In this document: positions 36,926 to 48,229 of the stretch, piece after piece
How the letters are laid out: each line of letters opens with the position of its first letter
How positions within the stretch are numbered: position 1 is the stretch's first letter
From: Amphiscolops sp. MND2022
Taxonomy: Eukaryota
Assembly (NCBI GenBank): GCA_964187785.1
Contig: OZ076414.1
Location: forward strand, 12,090,001 to 12,154,000
Direction of reading: 5' to 3'
Length of the DNA stretch: 64,000 nucleotides
Made by a program: the position numbers and the translations under genes
The notes under the pieces: generated by a model
The model's database searches: none
What the model was told of the DNA's origin: nothing
The model's input: the letters and a program-made list of their open reading frames with translations, nothing else

Positions 36926-39025
36926 AGGGCCACATTTCAGTGCATTTAGAAAGCTGGTCTGAAAATAACCATGCATAAATGCCACTTTGGTGCAACGGAA
37001 ATGGATTTTCAGGGTCGTACTATCACTCCCGCCGGAGTGAAGCCGCAGCGACCCAGAGTCCAAAACTTCCTAGAAAACACGAAACTCCCGAAATCAAAGA
37101 AAGCACTCCGACAAAACTGGGAGTCCTCCACTACTAGCCAAACTATACTCCAAGGCTCTCAGAGAAACTAACATCGTATTTTAAATAGTTAACTAAAGAC
37201 GAAAAAGTTCTGGTTACACCGGACCTTTTGGAAGGATTCACCGCGATCAATGAGGCTCTTGAGCGATGCTGTGAACTGGCACTCAAACAACCCCTACCGA
37301 TCAAGCAGATAGCCCTTATGACTGACGCTAGCTTCTCGGCCGCAGTGTACGCAGTTCTCATCGAAGACGATCCACTCGCGAAATATACTTCAACGAGGAA
37401 AGCTTCCGCCGCAGTAGCTTATGGATCCAAGCCCTTTAGTCCTACCCAATTGGAAATCCATCTACGCGAAAGAATGCTTGGCAATCTTCTTTGCTTTTAA
37501 GGAATTCGGACATATGTTTTGGGGAACCCCGAAACCGGTGATCATCATTACAGACAAGAAATCACTCATATGATTTTTTCAAACAAAGATCTTTCCACCG
37601 ACCCTCTGGAATGCTTGCGGCTACGTTATCTAGTTCAATTTCACAATTGCGCATATTCCATGGAAAAACAAAACAGCCGCTGATTAACTATCCCGTCTAG
37701 AATTGCCTCCAAAAAAATTAATCCTCCGAGTTAGAGAGGACATCCCAACAACCTTGATTGAACTACACGTCCAATCGGCGGGAGTGTAAGAGGAGGAACA
37801 TTGTTTTTACACAGAGGGCGACGAAGAGATAGAAGAACAAAGATTACAGCGTAAAAAGGAGGCTCGAGCCCACCCAACGAACCAATTACCTGATGTTTCA
37901 TTCGAAAAATTTACCACACAATTAGGCGATTGTCACAAACTTCCAACAATACAAAAACTATGAAATACGAACTCTGTAGCCGTAGAGCAGAACGATGCCC
38001 CTATTCTGCAGCAATTACGACTCAAAATATTGAAACAAGACTACTCAGAAACCATTTTACTGCAGGATAACCGATACCAACTTTACTGTCGCCTATTCGG
38101 TCGACTGTCCGTCACGGATTTATTCATCACCGGAGAGTATTTGACGAAACAGGCTCTGTAAAATACAATCAAGTGCTCCTACCACAACACCTAGTCACAG
38201 AACTGCTTAAATCCTTAGAAGGAAATACCCAGGAACCTATAAGATGCTCATAGACATTCGACAAAAATACTATTACCTTGGAATAGCAAAACTCGTTAAA
38301 AAATGAGTCCAATGATAAGAAATTTGCATCGAAGACAAAAGAATCCCGAATTCATTCATTACGTCTGAACTTCTTAATTTACAGGAATGGGACCTCGGTC
38401 CAGAGGGCGCAATGCAAATTGACCTGTTACCGAACCTACCCCCATGCGTAGGATATGAAAAAACCAGTACCGCATTGGACGTTTTTTCAAGATATCTTTT
38501 TGCATACCCAGTCGAATACACATTCTGGGAATCCAAAGCAAGCCACCACAAACCATCCGCAAACAATTGGTAGACTAGTGCGTACTCTTGTCAGTTTCGA
38601 AACAAATCCTAAAATGACGAGCACAAATTCTAATAGGCACGACAACGAAAAACATCATGCAATCCTTTTTTGAAATACAAAGAATACTACGACCGAAATG
38701 CCAAAGCGGGACCCTTACACTAAAAGGACTATTGATTTATATTACAGTGTATCGCTGATCATCAAGGCTCGAAAATCCCTTTCCGCGAATATTGATGGAC
38801 TGGGCCTTATATTGTGGAAAAAAGTTTTACCGAGAGAAAATTACATAGACTCCGACAAAACCAAAATTCTACATCGCATCAGATTGCGTAAAAATGAACC
38901 GAATGCTGTTTCACAGGATATTAGACCGCAAGGCAATCTGCAACCTGACGATGAAATTATCATTCCGCAAGATGACTTCTACGTCATCACGTGGGGAACA
39001 AATTTCGGAGTCTTTCCCAATTCCA
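36926..39025 (+). pseudogene. pol: pol copy 3 (RT end, RNase H, integrase)
   Basis: Near-identical to 33464-35558, with the same lesions. Confidence 0.95.
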
Positions 39026-42000
39026 AAATCTCTGTCCCTCATTCTTCCATTCTCCCTTCTCCGCTTCGGCTTGGGTTCTACCGGTAGTTTCTAATTGTGC
39101 ATCTGATTTCGATCTAGCGAGGAAATCTGAGATGACCAAGGCCTTGACGCCAGGGACTAATAATTTTAAACTGCCTTGAAGGTCTCTTTTAGCGGGACGG
39201 TTGGAGGGCCGTATGCAACGTCTGCCTAGCTTGAAGAGGAACTAAACTAATTTACGGTACACGTGGAAACCTCTATCGCGCTTTTGCTTAAAATTCATGG
39301 TGAAACTGGAGGTGTAGTCGCGCACTAGCCGTTGAAAGATTTCCAGGCGTTTTGGAAAGAAGTAGTCGTAGACCATGTACCACCGAGACTTTGGGGCTGA
39401 AATGAGAACCAAGTCGTTCCAAACCGAAAGTGGGACGGATAATCAAAAACTAATGTAAGAAACCCAGAGCATAGAACGCTAGTAAAATTAGAATTCATGT
39501 GAGACCTAGCGTCCCACAAACTACATACTCAAAACTATCAATAAGCGATTCACGACTCAAGACTTGAAAAAGAAGACTTACTTGGTTTCTAACGCCTTGC
39601 ATTTGTTGCAGGGCTGTATTCTCACTGAGATAAGACGTGACCCTCGGCCAGTGCTTGAGTAATTCCTGACACAGCGTAGACAACCCATTCAACTCCAGCT
39701 GACATGTTCTAATCGCCTAGAAAGAACAAATCATGTTTATACTTTGTCAGGAAGAAAACCAGGTTTCATGTAGATTGAGGATATCCTTAGACAACTCAGG
39801 TGAAAACAACACCCAGTCCAATTCAAGGCTCGACCCGAGGGAGACAACCAAATGGTACAGCACTCCAAAGAAGTCAATTTTTTTGAAAACATTGGAACTT
39901 TGTTTGTGCATCAATGTCATCAATTGCATTTCCTCAAATCGTGGAGGTCTCTGGACTGTGTATTCGCTATAGGTACTATTGTCTAACTGCTGAACAGTTT
40001 GGACAGTGCTTACTGTGACGCTGACAGACAATGTGAGGACCAGTTGAAAAGACAACCATTACAATTGCTAAGAGTGTGAGCTCAGCCTGCATTTGGCCGG
40101 TCCGTTTCAGGAAAACTCGGCAAAATTGGTTTTCGTACCAGAAGCGGATGAACTCTATCAAGAAGACTCCATCGTTAGCGAACTCCAGACCATATTCCTC
40201 TCTTGAGACGGCGTGATGTCCAATGTCATTCGCAAGTCCATGGAACATGTTATGGAATATCGCCTGTAACACAAACATCACAATTAAGATACCGTCAAGT
40301 AGCTGTAATGACCCGGAACTACGCTAGCAAATTAGAGAACATCCTGAGCTGGAGTAAGAGCAAACAAAACAGGATTGAATGTATAAAACCTAAGCAAGGG
40401 AATACTTACAGTCAGCCAATCTTTGGTCCCGTTGAAGTCAGTGAAAAGGGACTGGTGGTTTACGACGACTCCAACATCTAGCCAAAAGTTTCGAAGTGAG
40501 TCTTTGTCACCACAGCGGGAAAGGAAACGTCCCAATACGGAGATTTGCACTCGGGTACGATTCTCAGAACTAGATGACATGTGGTCAGCACGTGACATGA
40601 ACTAGTCAAAAAATGGCAATTTCTTTCCGATGTCAACTAGCTCAATGTCCTTGAGTTTGGGTAACTCTATGACCAGCTGGTAGGGCGGGAGCAGCTTACC
40701 ATCCTAGACACGGAATTGTGGGGTGCGCACTTTGGTAATTGGGTCGATCTTGTAGAGGTAATCATAGCTTTAGCACTGGTCTTTACGCAGGTGCTTCTCC
40801 GTCGAATGGTGTCTCAGTATCTCACGGGCGCCTTTGGATGGTTATGTTTGCCTTGCAGATCTGGTAGTAAAACTTGTACTGGTTTCACTTAGGATCTACT
40901 GGCCCTAAAACGAAAGTCCTCGTGCATTCCATGCATCTGAAATAGGCTTCTTTCACAACTTTACAAGTCCTGGAAACACCACGCCTAGCTCTATGAGTCT
41001 TGCTCGAGGAGGCTGTAAAACGACACTTTTGATTTCTAGCCTTGTGTTGTCGGTCGTGGATCGCTTCCTTCTTCAATGCAGCTAACGTTTGAGCACCAGG
41101 ACTGTCAATGCTAGAAGTAGGAAAAGGTGACCCAGGATCCATTTGGCTAGAAGAGGACCGGGAGGCCCGTGATCGAACGGTTATAAGACCAGGCTCAGAA
41201 GGCTCGTTCGAATACCCGATACTAGCGAAATTGTCGTCACTCCTAAGTACACCGCTAGTGTCGGTACATCCACCTGCTGTTGATTCAGGGTAACGTCCAC
41301 TGCTTGTAACAACAGAAGATCCGCGGCGCGCAGCCGCTCTTATCTTGCCCGAATCAGCGTCAGGCCCAGAGGATAGGGATATTTGACTAGCCCTATATAA
41401 TAAATTCTCTAACATGTCGGACGATGCACGAACAGTCTCATCGGCAACGACCCTGAGAACCCTGCAAATTTGTCCTTCAGTAAAAACATTGACTGGGTAG
41501 TTCGATGGGAGTTTGTCTGGCTCAATGGTTCCAAACAACTCTTTGACCAGAGCTCGACTACTACCTCCCAGAGGGTGAATCTTGGGTTCGGCGGAAACTC
41601 TCACAGGGGTAACGTCGCTAGAATGGTCACTAGTTTCCGGAAGGGAGTATTGAACAGCAGGATTTAGCGCTGCAGCCGAAGTGGATCCAACGTGTTGACC
41701 AGACTCAGTGTCCGTAATATGCCCAATATCAGAGCCGCTGTAATTAGCAAATGGTGGTTCAATTTCGACTTGTTCATCGTCACTACAGGATTCTTGCTGC
41801 CTCCAATTGGAAATCGCGGTAGTAGTAGACACAGGAAAAGTTGCCTCAGTCGAGGAACTTCAACTAGGGGCGTTATTCGTGGTTTCTTGTCCGCCAAGTC
41901 CTCTTGTTCAGATTCACAGTTGCTTTCAGTTCTTCTGGTCAAATCAAAGAAAGTAACTTGAGGATGTGCGCTCACTTGTAATTGATAATTCTCGTAGTGT

Positions 42001-42104
42001 TGTACACTAGTGGTAATGGGTATGGCTTCGCTGATACTTTCCTTTTGGGTGAACTCAGTAATTTCGGCAACCTCCAAGGCAACTCTCTCTGCTAGTTGGT
42101 TCAT
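39026..42104 (-). pseudogene. Antisense, spliced BED-zinc-finger / hAT-transposase-like gene (decayed)
   Basis: ATG at 42104; long S/acidic N-terminus; KFYYQICKANI...GAREILRHHSTEKH (BED-like, ~40875-40790); phase-0 GT-AG intron; EYGLEFANDG...FIRFW...VFL and LCQELLKHWPRVTSYL resemble hAT core segments. Confidence 0.65.
40264..40409 (-). other. 146-nt spliceosomal intron in the antisense gene
   Basis: Donor GTAAGT at 40409-40404, acceptor tgtttgtgttacAG ending at 40264; removal fuses ORF 40598-> (...KDWLT) in frame with ORF 40281-> (AIFHNMFHG...). Confidence 0.85.
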
Positions 42105-43335
42105 CTTACAAGTGATGTAAGACGTTTGCTCATTAGACGTTTGCAGTGGTTGGCCGTTGTTTTTGTTTGCCTAAACGGTGACAATTAAAATTGTGCGGTT
42201 CACTTCCCGAATATGAATCCATTTTGAAAACCTTCCGGAAGTAAGATACAATCAATGTTTCAATATGAAAAGAATTTCACAATGGAGGAAGTGTTACAAA
42301 TCAAAGCTATATCTTGATCAAGTTTATGCTGAGAAAATAATTAGGAGCACCAACTTGATGTTATTTCCATTTGGGAATGACAGATTTTGTACAGTGACGT
42401 CAAGTTGAAGTTCTGGAATTGGGGCTAAATACAGTAGTAGCGTGATGTGGGCTGGTCAGATAGCTCGAGATTCCTTGGGATGTGGCCGTTTGGACCAAAG
42501 GTCCGACGTGGATAATTCTGCGGAGATATTCTCAGGGATGAAATTCAATTGAGTATTGGAAACGTGTTAATTGATAGATAGCGATCAAATTAGGAGAGAG
42601 CGCTATTAGTTACAGAGACAATCGCAGGAAGCTGTACCACAAACACAGAGTTGTAGATTTTGCTCAAAGCATTTTAAGCCTAAACGGTTAATCGGTTCGC
42701 CTAGACTAGACTGTTGACTAACTTAACACTTCAACGTGTTTAAACAAAAGTACCTACGCTGGATGTTGTGGCTGATGCTTGTATTACTTAGTATCAACTA
42801 TTGCCTAACTTCAACCTCTCATGTTTGTGACCTGCCAGTAACATTCATGAAACTAGGTTTTATTTCGCTATTTAAATCTTTCATCAACTCCTCTAGAGCA
42901 TCAATTTCTTCAATTACGCCATCTTTATTCAGTTTCTTGACGGATTTATTCCTTCATTTATCGCAGTAATCTCATTAGACACTGTATCGATTGTAGCCGC
43001 TTGGACCGGTGGTCTTTGATGGTATATTTATTCACATGTAGTTATTACAAGTTAACACTTTCATTGATAATTATCAACTCACTAGCTGTTGAACAAATAT
43101 AGTAAGAGACACTTAAGGGCCTATTTAGCGGAGTGACAACCCATTGACGAAGTTTACCTGGTCTTAAAAGCTAACTTGAAAAGGAAAGTTCCTGCGTAAA
43201 CAATTTGCGGATATCCGAGAATGACTCTAGGTCGATCAGGCTAAAGATAATCATTCTGCCCATTTCAACTGATACTATCAAATTGAATAAGCAACAATTG
43301 CGAAGAAACTGTTACTATCACACTACCAAAACGAA

Positions 43336-44009
43336 ATGTCACTACAACTCGATGTGGAAGAGTTTGTCACTAGTCTTCGTACACTGTGCGAGTCTTCGGA
43401 AGAAGATGTGGCGATTGACACCGGATCAACGACCGTAATCGACCAAAGCCAAGACGCGGATAGTGACATAGAGGTAATAGCCTGCTACAGAGAGGTACCC
43501 AATTACCCTCCACAATTAGAAGCGGGACGGGCTATGACTATTGACCTTGGCACTTGCAGTGAAGAACGAGTCCAGTCACTATACATGCCGTCAGGATCAA
43601 TTGACTCGACATTCGACACTTCCGACAGCTTAGTCGATTGGTTCGTGGGAAGTCCATCCCAACAAACTTACGTAGCAGATGACCCTAATCACTGCATGGC
43701 TGATTGTAGCCGGATAGAACAGTTCCTTACTCGCCCATGTCACACCCTTCAATTGATCACGGGCCATCAGCCAGTACAAGCTATGCCTCGTGGTCGGCCG
43801 CGCGAGAGGACGAAGATGCGTGGATGACTAATCCACACATAACAGGTCTGGCTATAAGTGCTAGTGGCATCTGTGGCGAGCCAAATTACATCCAACATGG
43901 CGACTGTACAGTATGTGGTAAATCATTTGCCACCATTCAAGAAGAGATCACTCTTGGATATGCCCGAAAAACTATGCCCAGAGGATCAGAAGAAAAAGTG
44001 CGTTTCTAG
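43336..44009 (+). pseudogene. Small sense accessory ORF upstream of the PPT (acidic N-terminus, CxxC near the C-terminus; one frameshift)
   Basis: ORFs 43336-43827 and 43737-44009 (...HGDCTVCGKSFATIQEE...); ends 34 nt before the PPT. Confidence 0.55.
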
Positions 44010-44042
44010 CTGGCATGAGAGCAGGTAGTGTGGTTCTAGTCC

Positions 44043-44051
44043 GAGGGGGGG
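44043..44051 (+). promoter_or_regulatory. Polypurine tract
   Basis: GAGGGGGGG immediately 5' of the TG that starts the 3' LTR. Confidence 0.85.
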
Positions 44052-45902
44052 TGTCGCAGGCTGCCGCCTGTGATGGAGTTACTGCCAAATTCCCGCAGAC
44101 AACAACACGCCTACTCCTCCCCAGAGGGTGTTGCCGATTTGACCTACCAAAGCTAACAGGACGAAGGGATATACATCACGTCACTACTGACGAGAATAGT
44201 AGCAATTTCACCACAAGAGACCGAAAGTCGACCCGGCTATAGCAAATTTTTTAAGGCTAAACTTGTTACTACGCAATTATTAATTATCACTTTAGCCTGC
44301 TGTTTTCTGTTTGCGTTAACCAAAATGTAGCAGTTTGGAGATAAAGTAGAGCAGTGGTAATAAGTTCAACAATGTAAATTAGAATGATTAATTAAGCAAT
44401 TCTAAGCAACGAAGGAAACAAGTTCAAATACTTGTTTCCTTTAGCTAATTGTACGCTCCGTCCAACGCAGCAGTTTTCTGTTTTAGCCGTTCAGTGTTTG
44501 TGTTAACCATAATATAGCAGTTTGGTGATAAAGTAGAGCAGTGTTAATAAGTTCAACAATGTAAATTAGAATGATTAAACAAGCAATTGTAAGCAACGAA
44601 GGAAACAAGTTCAAATACTTGTTTCCTTTAGCTAATTGTACGCTCTGTCCAACGCAGCAATAGCCAATCAAAGTGCAGTGTTATATTGAATGTTGCCATG
44701 CGGACCTTGAGTCCGCTACGGTGTTATTTATCTGTACCTGTATTGACGTCACTACTGTAGCTGTGCGGTCTCTTAGTCCGATTATGGCGTTATTCAAGTA
44801 TTGAGCTATTCGTCATCATGCTTTTCTATCATGTAATTGTAGTATTCTTTGTATGAACATGCCAATAGTATTTTGATACTCACTAGACTAGAAGTGCGAC
44901 CTGAAATCTCACTAAACCACGCACCCCCCCCCCCGATACGCTTTGATGCTATTAATAGTCAGCTGATTTGTGAGGTGTTTATGATGTCATAACTCTGAAT
45001 TATTTCTAGAATACCTTGAGTCTAATTTTAGAATAATGACCTGATAAATTATGCTCGTCATGCTGTGTAAAATTTATATAGAAGGGACGATTGGTCCTGG
45101 GGATTGATTCAATCATCACCCGATTACAAACGACAAACGAGGTATTATGAGGTCAAATGAAATCGACCTAGTTTGATTTGTACCACTTGATCTATATTTC
45201 ATTGTTCTATCAGTTCGTTCGACAATTCACTGTTAAACTAATTGATTTTCTAATGCCTTCAACCAGGAAGCGAAAGGCAAGAGAGAGACGTTCTAGGCAA
45301 ATTGAAATGATGTCCGATGTGGAATATGTTGATATGATGTTGGGGAGTTCTTCTAGAGATGGTGAGGAGAATAATGACAGTGAAAAAGAAATAATTATAG
45401 ACAAAGGGTCTAGTGGTCCACAACAGAATTCCAATTTGGTAGGAGAAGATATTAGATCATTACTCAAAACCAGCAGTTGATAAAACAGTGAAATAACAAT
45501 TGAGATAACTAGGGTGATTAGTGAGGAAACTACTAATCAGATGTCCAGAAAAGTCAATGAAATGAAATTTAGCTTAAACTCTCAGATACAAGACGTAATC
45601 AGCACCTCAATAGCTGAAAAGGTGCTTCTTTCTATCCAAAATACGTTTGAAGTGCAAGGGAGAGCTAATTGCACCATGGTGGACCGAGGGTCTTGCGGGC
45701 TACAAGAGAGCCCGAGAACGACTAATTCCACCATGACGGACCGAAGGTCCAGTGGGATACAACGGAACGAACCCCGAAGTTGGAAATGCTCAGAAAATAT
45801 GGGAAAATCGTCGTCCCAAAACAAGCTTTACACAGGACAATTGTAGACAAACGTCTAGAGAGAGTTCAGTAGACTAATATTGCAGCGAACAAAAACGCGA
45901 CA
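44052..45902 (+). repeat. 3' LTR of family B (with ~185-bp internal duplication at ~44300-44660)
   Basis: TGTCGC...GCGACA 6-bp terminal inverted repeat; similarity to 24204-25860 ends exactly at 45902. Confidence 0.92.
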
Positions 45903-46840
45903 CTTGTCTGATGCGTTCTCGAGCTTTCAATTCCAAGAAGCCTATTCGCATCTCGTTCACTTCCTTCATTAACAGATCCGTTGTAAGTGTGGTCAAAGTT
46001 TTCCTTCGCCCGTTGTGCTCGTACTTGGTTCAACCTGTACTTGGTTCAGCGTGGAAAAAATTGAGCAGAATCTTCTCCGAAATCCCCAGATTATTTCATA
46101 CCCCTAAAGATAGTAAGGTCTGTATCGGTGAAACAGTCCGTCATTGAGTCTGGTAATGCTATTGATCAACTTAGCTTATCTATGTTACTTATGCTCCTTG
46201 TAGTTCCCAGAGATGACAGCAAGAATGTGAAACCTCAAAGAAGTCAACTAGAACCAAACAAAGTTATGAACCGCTTGGCCAAGAATTATAATTGTTTAAG
46301 AAAGTAAGACCGAACAGACAAAATTCAATTTGCTCTTCGGGTCACCAGAACGTACCGATTCCAAGTTAAAAGTCGCTTAGGTTAGAATAAAAATGGCTGT
46401 ATCAAGTACAAATAGTTTTATCTGACTCTATCCAGGGTATGAACAACTAAGTTTGTTGACAAAAGACATATTCTTCAGTGCACAGTGACGTGACTCGTTT
46501 TCCTGCTAAAATAGCAACGAACTCCGAAGCTTGTTAACAGTTGTTGGAAGCAGTTTGTAAACTAGCTCAATATGAAATTTATATCGAATGAATCAAGTCC
46601 TCTGAAAGCGGAGTGAGGGCGCGATAACTCTGATTGTTTAGAAATCACTGCGAGTCGATCTGCTACACTGAACGTTTATTCTGAACTGCTCTTATTCGTG
46701 AGTGCGTATCCTCACTTTTCATATGTAGCTTCCTTACTGCTTCCAATTTGAGAGGATGTTAGGACTTCAAAAATCCAAAAGAGTCATTTTTGGCAGTCGA
46801 CGGAACAGCTTCCGTGCAAAATGGCGGAGTTTTCAATTGG

Positions 46841-47151
46841 TATTAAAGTAGTTAATGGTTGGTTAGTATTTTATTCGAGATTGGGATGATCTTATGGAGA
46901 ATTGTTCAAGTACTTTAAAGAGACGCTAACAGAGTTGTAGGATTAGCTCCAGATAAATTTGTCAATTTCTTGGTTGAACATTTATTTCTGTTGTGTTGGG
47001 ATTATAAATCAAAAGTGCTTTACAGACTTAGAATGTACGATGAAGACAAATGGGTGTACATTTAAATTCAAAGCAGTGCGTACGTATAAGTCTAGACATT
47101 CAGGCAATGAGCGGGTGATGATTTAGCACGTATTGCATCATTGATATATCA
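46841..47151 (-). repeat. 3' LTR of copy A4
   Basis: Shared blocks with 56936-57251, e.g. TTTATTTCTGTTGTGTTGG, AAATCAAAAGT and AAATTCAAAGCAGT. Confidence 0.8.
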
Positions 47152-48229
47152 TCGGAACGGGTTTTGAAAAAAAAATGAGAATAGTTCGGATAAAAAATTT
47201 TGAGTTTTGTTTCAATAGATATGGAGAGGTGGGATGAAGTTCATAGGAAGTAGAGGAAGATCCGAATTGTTTTTTCAAAGAATTAGAGTTGCAACTATAT
47301 TTTATTTTTTTTATAAATTTGGGTTGTAAATATATCTTGGTAATATGCTTTCCTTACTAGAGGTTTGGGTAAAATGCAATTTTGATTTTGATACAAGTTA
47401 AAAAAGTGGAGGTAGGGTTAAAGAAAAATCTGGTTAGAGTCAAATTAGGAAATTGTAAGGGTTTGATTTGACTTTATTTTCAATTATAAATTTCGGAACT
47501 TTTGATGTGTTTTTGGATTATGGCATAGTTTTGCTCTATGTTTGTTTATCTGTTCACTTCGAGCGGTGTTTGAAAAAATGGATGGTAAATGAACAGTATT
47601 GAATAGCGAGCAACTGACTTTAGGTGACTGTTAACAACATGAGAAAAAATTTAAAAAAAAACGACTAAGTTGGAAAATGAAGTAACACTCCTGTGTTGAC
47701 AAACTTGAAGCAAGGGACCGTCCAAGATTAGTGTTAGATTTCATGTCAACTTAATCGGTTATTTTGACGTCATTTTTGAGAAACTAAATCAGAATAAGCA
47801 TTTGAGAACTTCAGTTACAAATTGGCCGCGTGGTAAAAGTTCGTCAAAGTCGATATAGTAGTGAGCTTGGAGAGAAAAAATGATAATTATAGGTCAATCA
47901 ACTTCTTGAAAAGACGAAGCGAAGCTAAAGACTTCAAATCATGAAGAGAATTCAGGGGGTCGGGTTATAAGTGCTTCAACTTTGACAGGGATTAGTGCAG
48001 GTGATGGGGGAGGTCGATGAATAATTGTATCAATTTGGAAAAGATGGGAAAGGATATGTGATCATGATTTTGGGAAATGAGGGTGATGTTTTGCGCAATT
48101 ACTGTAATTTTGGGGAGGGAGTTTGAATGAAAGTTAGATAATTTGGAGGGACTAAGTTTAGATAATTGCGAGGAGCAGTGATTAAATGAGTAGCGATTCG
48201 ATTCAAGTCATTTGCAATTGCCTTCAATT

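Larger units (their letters stand above)
24204..45902 (+). mobile_element. Ty3/Gypsy LTR retrotransposon family B with internal tandem duplications and accessory cassette
   Basis: 5' LTR (TGTCGC...GGGACA), PBS, gag-pol, antisense gene, sense ORF, PPT, 3' LTR (TGTCGC...GCGACA). No matching TSD (CTGAA left, CTTGT right), so the two LTRs may not come from one insertion. Confidence 0.9.

Noticed and set aside
45903-46140. Possible continuation of the sequence left of 24204 (element B as a clean insertion into one ORF)
   Set aside because: The flanks CTGAA and CTTGT are not a TSD; a joined frame is open only briefly and has no recognisable motif.
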